A stretch of 64,000 bases of DNA from Phycisphaerales bacterium (GTDB lineage: Bacteria; Planctomycetota; Phycisphaerae; Phycisphaerales; Phycisphaeraceae). The notes beneath the pieces were generated by a model. The model was not told where the DNA came from, made no database searches, and saw nothing but the letters and a program-made list of their open reading frames with translations. The position numbers and the translations under genes were made by a program. Shown in pieces: positions 1 through 7,258 of this stretch. Position 1 is the stretch's first letter; every line of letters starts with the position of its first letter. The stretch lies in assembly GCA_041402025.1 (NCBI GenBank), contig JAWKTA010000009.1, forward strand, positions 32,574 through 96,573. The letters are read 5' to 3'.

Positions 1-1
1 C

Positions 2-1180
2 GGTATCCGAACACCCGTCGGCCGGTATGGCGGTTGCCTGGCGGCCGTCCGCGCGGACGACCTGGCGGCCATCCCGATCCGCGCGCTGATGGACCGTTAC
101 CCGAAGCTGGACTGGTCGGCGCTGGACGACGTCGTGCTGGGCTGCGCGAATCAGGCGGGCGAAGACAACCGCAACGTCGCGCGGATGAGCAGCCTGCTCG
201 CGGGCCTGCCGCCGGAGATCCCGGGCAGCACGGTGAACCGGCTGTGCGCCTCCGGGCTTAACGCCGTCGGCAGCTGCGCCGCGGCGATCCGTGTCGGCGA
301 AGGCGACCTGATGCTCGCCGGCGGCGTCGAGAGCATGTCGCGTGCGCCCTTCGTCATGGGAAAACCCGAAAGCGCCTTCGACCGCCAGCAGATACTCGAA
401 GACACCACCATGGGCTGGCGTTTCAAGAACCCCAAGCTCGATGCACAGTACGGCACGGAGACGATGACCGAGACTGCGGAGAACCTGGCAAAAGAGTTCA
501 ACGTCAGCCGTGAGGACCAGGACCGGTTCGCGTTCTGGAGCCAGTCGAAAGCGGCGGCGGCGCAGGCGGACGACCGGCTGGCCGGGGAGATCTGCCCCGT
601 CACCGTGCCGCAGCGAAAGAAAGACCCGATCATCGTCGACAAGGACGAGCACCCGCGCGAGACGGTGCTTGCCAAGCTCGCGCAGCTTAAGCCGTTGATC
701 GCGGGCGGAACGGTGACGGCGGGCAACGCGTCGGGCATCAACGACGGCGCGGCCGCGCTGCTGATGGCGTCCGAACGGGGCGCGAAAAAGCACGGCCTGG
801 AACCCGAGGCGCGCGTGCTGGGGATGGCGGTCGCCGGTGTACCGCCGAGGATCATGGGTATCGGCCCCGTGCCGGCAACGAAGAAGCTCCTCGCCCGCTT
901 GAAAATGACGCTCAACGACTTCGACATCCTGGAGATGAACGAGGCGTTTGCCGTGCAGTCGCTGACTTGCCTGCGCGAGTTGGGGCTGGCAGACGACGAC
1001 CCGCGTCTGAACACGCGCGGCGGCGCGATCGCGCTGGGCCACCCGCTCGGGATGAGCGGCGCGCGTCTGGCGGTGACGGCGATGGATCAGCTGCGACGGG
1101 GCGAAGGCAAACGCGCGCTGTGCAGCATGTGTATCGGGGTCGGCCAGGGCATCGCCATGGCCATCGAAAGAGTCGGGTAA
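2..1180 (+). CDS. acetyl-CoA C-acyltransferase (thiolase, PcaF/PaaJ-like); 5' end lies outside the window
   Basis: The frame is open from the window edge: GIRTPVGRYGGCLAAVRADDLAAIPIRAL precedes the listed ORF 89..1180. Thiolase signatures are NRLCASGLNAV (nucleophilic Cys), NEAFAVQ, GHPLGMSGARL and CIGVGQG. Confidence 0.9.
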   Translation, partial: GIRTPVGRYGGCLAAVRADDLAAIPIRALMDRYPKLDWSALDDVVLGCANQAGEDNRNVARMSSLLAGLPPEIPGSTVNRLCASGLNAVGSCAAAIRVGEGDLMLAGGVESMSRAPFVMGKPESAFDRQQILEDTTMGWRFKNPKLDAQYGTETMTETAENLAKEFNVSREDQDRFAFWSQSKAAAAQADDRLAGEICPVTVPQRKKDPIIVDKDEHPRETVLAKLAQLKPLIAGGTVTAGNASGINDGAAALLMASERGAKKHGLEPEARVLGMAVAGVPPRIMGIGPVPATKKLLARLKMTLNDFDILEMNEAFAVQSLTCLRELGLADDDPRLNTRGGAIALGHPLGMSGARLAVTAMDQLRRGEGKRALCSMCIGVGQGIAMAIERVG

Positions 1181-1184
1181 TTTT

Positions 1185-2492
1185 ATGCAGGCATTACAAC
1201 AGGCACTCGCCGACGCCCGCCAACGCTACGCAGAAACCAACCCCAGGAGCCGCGACGCCGACAAGCAGGCAGAACGGTACATGCCCGGCGGCAATACGCG
1301 CAACGTGCTCTACTACGAACCCTTCCCCTTGACCATGACGACCGGGGAAGGCGCGGAGCTGGTAGATTTAGACGGCCACCGTTACACCGATTTCGTCGGT
1401 GAGTTCTCCGCCGGCATCTTCGGGCACTCCGACCCCGACATCAAAGCCGCGATCCACAAAGGCCTTGAACACGGCATCGCGATCGGCGGCTCAACCGCCT
1501 ACGAACGTGAGCTGGCGCGCCTGCTCTGTGAACGGTTCAAGTCCGTGGATCAGCTCCGATTCTGTAACTCCGGCACCGAAGCTGGCCTGATGGCGCTCAC
1601 CACCGCACGCATCGTCACCGGGCGGGACAAGGTCCTCGTCTTCAACGGCGCGTACCACGGCGGGGTGGTCAAGTTCCCGACCGGACTGTCGCGGTTCAAT
1701 GCGCCGTATGACTTTGTGCTGGCCGAATACAACGACACCGAGGGGACCGCGGAATTGATCCGGAAGCTCGGCGACCAGCTCGCGGCCGTGATGGTCGAGC
1801 CGATCCTCGGGGCCGGCGGTAACATCCCCGGCACACGCGCGTTTCTTCAGATGCTAAGAGACACCACACGCGAGGTCGGCGCGGTCCTGATCTTCGACGA
1901 GGTCAAAACCGCCCGCCTCGGCTCCGGCGGTGTGCAGGGCCTGCTGGAAATCACCCCCGACCTGACCACGCTCGGCAAGATCATCGCGGGCGGCCTGCCC
2001 ACGGGCGCGTTCGGCGGCAGCGCGGAACTGATGTCTTGCTTCAACCCGAAGAAAGAAGGCACCTGGAAGCACGCCGGCACGTTCAACAACAACGTCTGCT
2101 CGATGGCCGCCGGCGTCGCGGCGATGGGTAAGGTCTACACCCCCGAGCGTGCACAAGAGTTCTTCGACTGGTCGGAGGCGTACCGCCGGTCACTTAACAG
2201 TATGTTTGCCCAGAAATCGGTCCCGATGGTCTGCACCGGGCTGGGGTCGATGTTCACGGTCCACTTCGCCACCGGGACGCATGACCGCATGCTTATCCGG
2301 GGGGCCGACTGCCAGGCCCTCAACGCTCTGCTCCACATGGAGCTGCTGCTTGCGGGCATCCTGATCTGCAGCCGGGGAGACATGTTCCTCTCCCTACCCA
2401 TGACCGATACCCACCTGACCCGTGCCCGGGAGGCACTGACTGGCTTTATCGATCGGCACCACGCGATCATTAAAAGCGTCGTCGGGGCCTGA
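1185..2492 (+). CDS. class-III PLP aminotransferase (glutamate-1-semialdehyde 2,1-aminomutase-like)
   Basis: 435-aa ORF starting 4 nt after the thiolase stop. Motifs: MPGGNTRN, FCNSGTEAG, LIFDEVKT, TLGKIIAGGLPTGAFGG (PLP-Lys context). Confidence 0.8.
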   Translation: MQALQQALADARQRYAETNPRSRDADKQAERYMPGGNTRNVLYYEPFPLTMTTGEGAELVDLDGHRYTDFVGEFSAGIFGHSDPDIKAAIHKGLEHGIAIGGSTAYERELARLLCERFKSVDQLRFCNSGTEAGLMALTTARIVTGRDKVLVFNGAYHGGVVKFPTGLSRFNAPYDFVLAEYNDTEGTAELIRKLGDQLAAVMVEPILGAGGNIPGTRAFLQMLRDTTREVGAVLIFDEVKTARLGSGGVQGLLEITPDLTTLGKIIAGGLPTGAFGGSAELMSCFNPKKEGTWKHAGTFNNNVCSMAAGVAAMGKVYTPERAQEFFDWSEAYRRSLNSMFAQKSVPMVCTGLGSMFTVHFATGTHDRMLIRGADCQALNALLHMELLLAGILICSRGDMFLSLPMTDTHLTRAREALTGFIDRHHAIIKSVVGA

Positions 2493-2558
2493 TTCCTGTC
2501 GGAAACGGGCTTTTCGGTGGTAGAATGTGGTGTGGTGCTTTGTGCCGGGGCGGCGGGT

Positions 2559-2583
2559 GAAACAGGGGGCGGGCGGCTACGTC
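2559..2583 (+). promoter_or_regulatory. putative ECF-type promoter (GAAAC-N16-CGTC) upstream of the sigma-factor gene
   Basis: gtGAAAC (2559-2563), a 16-nt spacer, then CGTC (2580-2583), about 60 nt upstream of the ATG at 2644. This is a motif match only. Confidence 0.3.
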
Positions 2584-2643
2584 TAGTTCCATGACGGGCC
2601 GACCGATCCCGGCCCGGACGAGCCACCCAAGGGGCCGACACCG

Positions 2644-3738
2644 ATGCTTAAGTCCGAAGCCGACCTGGACCTGTTAGACCGATACGCGATCGCGGGCGAC
2701 CCGGAAGCCTTCGGGGAGATCGTCCGGCGTTACACGGCGATGGTCTACCACACCTGCCTGCGGGTGCTGCACGACAAGGCCCTCGCCGAGGACGCCTCGC
2801 AGGATACGTTCTACCGGCTGATGTGCTCGCCGGGCAAGGTCAACCGCTCGGTCGGGGCGTGGCTGCACCGCACGGCGACGCGGCGGTCGCTGGACGTGTT
2901 ACGCAGCGACACCGCCCGCGCCCGCCGGGAGCGGGTCTATTCAAACGACTACTACCACGGCCGGGCCAACCCACCGAGTTGGAGCGTACTGTCACCCAAG
3001 ATCGACGAGGCACTGGCCCTGATCGAGGAGCCGACGCGGTCGCTTCTGATCGAGCACTTCCTCACCGGCAAGAGCCAGCGGCAACTGGCGAAAGAAAACC
3101 GCACCTCCACCGCGACCATCTGCCGGCGGATCAAGCAGGGGCTTGAGGAATTGCGTAAGCACCTTAAGGGCATGGGCCTGGTCGTGGCCGGCGCGGCGAT
3201 GGTGAATATGTTATCGTCACAGACCACGCTGGCCGCCCCGCCGCAGCTCGACGCCGAGTTGGGCAAGATGTCGATGGTCAGCGGCGATCCGGCGGCGTTC
3301 GGCTCACAGGGCATCCATACCGGAGGCATGCTGATGAAAGCGGGAACCATCGTCGTATGTGCCGTGATCCTTGGCGCGGTGTTCTACGGGCTGGCACAGA
3401 TCGGCAACGGCCCGGCTTCCGTCACGCCCCCGCCGCCGCGCGAGAGCATCCAGGCTGCGACACCGCCACCGGTATACGAAGCCAAGCCGCGGTCCAACCG
3501 CCCCGACCCGGCCGACCCCACCGTGTCGTACATTATCCCCCAGAAGGACATGGACTTAGACAGCCGCAAAGTCTCCGTATTCCAGATGCACACACGCATC
3601 CCCGACGAGATGGTCAACGTCGGTTTCGCCGACGGCCACGTCGTCGCCATGCGCGTCGATGAAGCCATCCCGCTGATCGAGGAGCAGACCGGCCAGAAGA
3701 TCGATGTGTTAGTACAGACGCTGCCGTATGCGAAATAA
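2644..3738 (+). CDS. ECF sigma-70 family factor with a long C-terminal extension (hydrophobic segment plus Pro-rich linker plus small domain with an H-X9-DG-like motif)
   Basis: The N-terminal 170 aa look like sigma regions 2 and 4 (FGEIVRRYTAMVYHTCLRVL, DASQDTFYRL, SLLIEHFLTGKSQRQLAKENRTSTATICRRIKQGLEELR). They are followed by AGTIVVCAVILGAVFYGLAQI (predicted TM), a PPPP-rich linker and a C-terminal MVNVGFADGHVVAM. Confidence 0.75.
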   Translation: MLKSEADLDLLDRYAIAGDPEAFGEIVRRYTAMVYHTCLRVLHDKALAEDASQDTFYRLMCSPGKVNRSVGAWLHRTATRRSLDVLRSDTARARRERVYSNDYYHGRANPPSWSVLSPKIDEALALIEEPTRSLLIEHFLTGKSQRQLAKENRTSTATICRRIKQGLEELRKHLKGMGLVVAGAAMVNMLSSQTTLAAPPQLDAELGKMSMVSGDPAAFGSQGIHTGGMLMKAGTIVVCAVILGAVFYGLAQIGNGPASVTPPPPRESIQAATPPPVYEAKPRSNRPDPADPTVSYIIPQKDMDLDSRKVSVFQMHTRIPDEMVNVGFADGHVVAMRVDEAIPLIEEQTGQKIDVLVQTLPYAK

Positions 3739-3785
3739 TCGCCCGGATTTCTAAGCCCACAAACTGCGTATGGGGTGTGCGGTGT

Positions 3786-4811
3786 TCACGACCGCATCGC
3801 TTCCAATTCCTGCCAGCGTGCATAGAGCTGCTCGACGCGGGCTTGCGCTTCACCTAGCTGGTGGCAGACCGCTTCATGCTTGGCGCGATCGGCGATCACG
3901 GCCGGGTCGGCGGCCTGCGCATGGAGCGCTTCGTGCTCGGCTTCGGCCATGAGGATCGCTTCCTCCATCTGGTCCAGCTCACGCTGGAGCTTGTAGGTCA
4001 GCTTCTTGGACTCACCTGTGTTGTTCGATGCGCGGGCGGTGGATTTTTCGGTTTTGTTTTCGGCATCCGCTTGGCGAGGTTCCGGCTTCGCTTGCTGCCG
4101 GGCCTGGTCGTCCTGCCACTGGATGTAAGACATATACCGTTTGGCCGTACCCGAGCCGTCGAGCGCGATCAGTTCGGTCGACAGGCGATCCAGCATGAAC
4201 CGGTCGTGCGTGACCAGCACGATCGCCCCCGGGAATTCGGTTAGCGCCTGCTCCAACACTTCCAATGACGGGATATCCAGGTCGTTGGTCGGCTCGTCGA
4301 GGATCAGCACGTCCGCGGGCTTGAGCATGAGGTTGGCGATCAGGATACGGGCCTGCTCGCCGCCGGAAAGATCGCCCACGGACACGTTGAACTTCGTCGG
4401 CTCAAACAAAAACTTACGCGCCCACCCGGCGATGTGCACGGGCTTGCCCTGGTACTCGACCGTGTCGCCGACCGGGCAAAGCGCCTCGCGCAGGCTCATG
4501 GTGGGGTTGAGGTCTTCGCGGTGCTGGGTGAAGTTGACGATGCGCAGTTGCGGCGCGGGCTTGACCGTGCCGGAGTCGGGCTGGAGGTCGCCGGTGATCA
4601 GGCGCAAAAGCGTGGTCTTGCCCGAGCCGTTGGGCCCGAGCAGGCCGAAGACCTCGCCACGGAAGATTTCCAGCTCGATCTCGTTGACCGCCTTGACGCG
4701 GTTGCGCAGCCAGAAGTCCTTGAAGACCTTGGTCAGGCCTACACACTTGACGACCAGGTCCTGTGCCGGTCGTTCGGCGGTGTCGGCGGGTTGTGTGGTT
4801 GCTTGCGTCAT
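3786..4811 (-). CDS. single-NBD ABC ATPase resembling the C-terminal half of ABC-F protein Uup (NBD2 plus coiled-coil tail)
   Basis: Walker A GPNGSGKTT, signature LSGGEQARILIA, Walker B ILILDEPTNDLD, VTHDRFMLD, and a C-terminal heptad-like tail (KLTYKLQRELDQMEEAI...ARVEQLYARWQELE). It has only one nucleotide-binding domain in 341 aa. Confidence 0.75.
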   Translation of the reverse strand: MTQATTQPADTAERPAQDLVVKCVGLTKVFKDFWLRNRVKAVNEIELEIFRGEVFGLLGPNGSGKTTLLRLITGDLQPDSGTVKPAPQLRIVNFTQHREDLNPTMSLREALCPVGDTVEYQGKPVHIAGWARKFLFEPTKFNVSVGDLSGGEQARILIANLMLKPADVLILDEPTNDLDIPSLEVLEQALTEFPGAIVLVTHDRFMLDRLSTELIALDGSGTAKRYMSYIQWQDDQARQQAKPEPRQADAENKTEKSTARASNNTGESKKLTYKLQRELDQMEEAILMAEAEHEALHAQAADPAVIADRAKHEAVCHQLGEAQARVEQLYARWQELEAMRS

Positions 4812-4860
4812 GGTGTGGGGCCTTGGCCCGGAGTCTATCGTTTCATACCCGATCGCGGGA

Positions 4861-6183
4861 TCACTGGTTCATGGCCTTTTCGCGTGCGATGCGGTCCTCA
4901 TCTTCGAGGCGTTTTTGTTCACGCTGGCGTGCGAGGCTCGGGTCGGTGTTGATCTCCAGGTAGAGCTGGCCGCCGTTGTTGTAGACGGTTTCGACGTCGC
5001 CGGTGAAGATCTCTTCGCGGGCGCGCTGTCGTTCCCGGCTCATGAACAGCGCGGGCGCTTCGCGGTAGTTCGCCAGCAGGGTGCGGAAGCTGTTGGCCTC
5101 GGACTTGACCTTCTCGACGGTCTCGGTGCGGTAGGTGTTGGCCTCGCTGATGAGTCGTGACGCCTCGCCGCCGATCGCCGCGCCGCCGTATTCATCGGGC
5201 AGACGGAGCTGGTCGAAGGCGGTGTCGATCACCTGGGCAAGCTTTTCGGCCTTGTCGGTCTCGCCGGCCGACTGGGCGAGTTCGTACGACTGCACGAGCT
5301 TGAAGAGTTCTTCGTGGGCTTCGCCGGCGGCCTCGTTCAGGAGCGTGGTCTGCTGCTGGCGTGCGGCGCTTAGTTTCTGGCCGCGTTCGCTCTCGGCGTT
5401 GGTGACCAGGTTGTACGCGGGCTTGACCGTGACGGGCGCTTCGCTGCGGGCGAGCACCATGCTCTCGATCTTGATCCCGGCGTTGAGCGTGTCGAGCACG
5501 GTCTGCATCCGCTCGGTCGCGCTGCCCTGGCTGAAGACGCCCTTGATGAAGTCGTCGGCTTCGACCCGCGCGGCGGCGTAGACGATGCCCTGCTCGGCGA
5601 CGTTGCGAACCAGCTCGTCGGCGGCGCTCATGTCGCCGGGGCTGGGCATGCCGACGTTCTCGACGAAGGCGATGACGTCATTGATCGAGTAGTACACCTC
5701 GAACCGGCCGTGCACGATATTGGCGTCGCCGGTCAGCAGCGAGCCGTCGCGTTCGGGGTTTAGGGGCCCGCCACGCGCCTGGCCGGCGGTGTCGGTGTCG
5801 CCGCCCTCGTACCAGAAGGCTTTGTTGACCGAGACGGTGCGCTTGGTGATCGGGACCTTGACCTTTTCCTCGATCGGGTAGGGCCAGCCGACGTACCAGC
5901 CCTGCTCGTAGACCTGGCCGCCGCGGTCGCCGACGATCTTGCCGAACTGGAGTCGGACGACTTTTTCCTGCGGCTCGACGGTGAACACGCCGGTCGCCAG
6001 GTACGCGATCAGCATCAGGACCATGATGACCTTGAGGATGCCGAAGCTGACGCGCATAGCGTCGGCGAGCGACTTCTGCGCGGGGTCGGTCGGCTCGAAC
6101 GGCTCGTGGTCGTGGTGGTGATGGCCGTGGTCGCAGTCGTCGTCGTGCGAGTGGATAAACGGGTTTTTGATCTTCTCGGCCAT
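4861..6183 (-). CDS. SPFH/band-7 protein, HflK-like, with a His/Asp-rich cytoplasmic N-terminus
   Basis: N-terminal HSHDDDCDHGHHHHDHE, one TM (ILKVIMVLMLIAYLATGVF), an SPFH core beginning VEPQEKVVRLQFGK, and a long coiled-coil-like C-terminus. Confidence 0.75.
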   Translation of the reverse strand: MAEKIKNPFIHSHDDDCDHGHHHHDHEPFEPTDPAQKSLADAMRVSFGILKVIMVLMLIAYLATGVFTVEPQEKVVRLQFGKIVGDRGGQVYEQGWYVGWPYPIEEKVKVPITKRTVSVNKAFWYEGGDTDTAGQARGGPLNPERDGSLLTGDANIVHGRFEVYYSINDVIAFVENVGMPSPGDMSAADELVRNVAEQGIVYAAARVEADDFIKGVFSQGSATERMQTVLDTLNAGIKIESMVLARSEAPVTVKPAYNLVTNAESERGQKLSAARQQQTTLLNEAAGEAHEELFKLVQSYELAQSAGETDKAEKLAQVIDTAFDQLRLPDEYGGAAIGGEASRLISEANTYRTETVEKVKSEANSFRTLLANYREAPALFMSRERQRAREEIFTGDVETVYNNGGQLYLEINTDPSLARQREQKRLEDEDRIAREKAMNQ

Positions 6184-6191
6184 GGATTAGC

Positions 6192-6227
6192 GTTCGGGGT
6201 TCAGGGTTCGGGGTTCGGGGTTCAGGT
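6192..6227 (+). repeat. G-tract heptad repeat (GTTCGGG/GTTCAGG)x5; fits a G-quadruplex pattern on the plus strand
   Basis: cgttcGGGGttcaGGGttcGGGGttcGGGGttcagg lies in the 78-nt spacer between two SPFH genes. There are four runs of at least 3 G separated by 3-4 nt (6196-6220). Confidence 0.6.
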
Positions 6228-6261
6228 TATAGATTGCAGATCGAACAATGAAGATCGCGGA

Positions 6262-7203
6262 TTAATTGCTGGGCTTTGGCCCCTGGCCTTCCAGAGCGTT
6301 GAGGAACCAGAGCTTGTTGGCGTCGAGTACGAAGGTCGTGTTGTTTGCGAGCATCTGCTGCAGGGCCTCGATCTGCCTTTGGAAGATGGCGAAGTCCTGG
6401 TCCTCGCGGAAGGCGCTGAAGTATTGCGCGGCTTCGCGGTTACCCTCGTCGCGGATGGCCTGGGCGCGGCGCTCGGCGAAGGCGAGGATGCGGCGCTTGG
6501 CGGCCTCGGCGCGGGCCTGGATGTTGTTCGCCTCGGCGTCGCCCTCGGCACGGGCCTTCTCGGCCAACTGCTCGCGCGTCTTGGCCATGCGCTCGAACAC
6601 CTTCTGCGTCGTGTCCTCGGGGAGGATGATCCGGCGGATGCCGACCTGTTCGAGCTTGATCCCGTAGCCGGGCGTGATCGCGTCGAGCTTGCCGCGCAAC
6701 ATCTCAAGGCCCTTCTGCTCGATCTCGGCGAGTTTGACCTTCTCGGGGTCGGGGTTCACCAACTGGTCGAAGCGGTAGTTGGAAACCACGACCTTCAGCT
6801 CACTGAGCATGGAAAGCAACTGGCTCTCGGCCTCGGCCTCGTCTTTAAGACGCAGAAAGAATGCGTAGGGGTCTTCGATCTTCCACGCGAGGTAGAACTT
6901 GACGATGACGGCTTGGTTGTCCGCGGTCTGGATCTCGCTGGACTGGTCCTCGAGCAGTTGTACGCGCTTGGAGTAGACCTTGACCTTCTGGATCGGGGTC
7001 GGCCACTTGAAGCCGTAGCCCGGCTCGAGGATCAGGCTGCCGGGGTCGGTGATGTTGCCGTCAGCGTCACGGGTCGGCTCAACGGCCTGGTCCCACGTCG
7101 TGCGGACGGCGACCTGGTCGTAGCGGACCTGGAACATGACCATGTAGACCGACAGCACGACGGCGACGGCGATGGCGATCAGGAAGATCAGTTTATTTTT
7201 CAT
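6262..7203 (-). CDS. SPFH/band-7 protein, HflC-like
   Basis: N-terminal TM (LIFLIAIAVAVVLSVYMVMF), then QVRYDQVAVRTTW and an SPFH-like core. The C-terminus is charged and Ala-rich (KTREQLAEKARAEGDAEANNIQARAEAAKRR). Confidence 0.75.
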   Translation of the reverse strand: MKNKLIFLIAIAVAVVLSVYMVMFQVRYDQVAVRTTWDQAVEPTRDADGNITDPGSLILEPGYGFKWPTPIQKVKVYSKRVQLLEDQSSEIQTADNQAVIVKFYLAWKIEDPYAFFLRLKDEAEAESQLLSMLSELKVVVSNYRFDQLVNPDPEKVKLAEIEQKGLEMLRGKLDAITPGYGIKLEQVGIRRIILPEDTTQKVFERMAKTREQLAEKARAEGDAEANNIQARAEAAKRRILAFAERRAQAIRDEGNREAAQYFSAFREDQDFAIFQRQIEALQQMLANNTTFVLDANKLWFLNALEGQGPKPSN

Positions 7204-7258
7204 TTCGTGTGTCTCTTAAAGCGGTCGTTTGTTTATGTTGGGTTGGATTATTCTTGAG

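Noticed and set aside
6192-6227. Heptad repeats as a CRISPR array or minisatellite
   Set aside because: The units are only 7 nt long with no spacers, so this is not CRISPR-like. I kept it only as a G-tract repeat.
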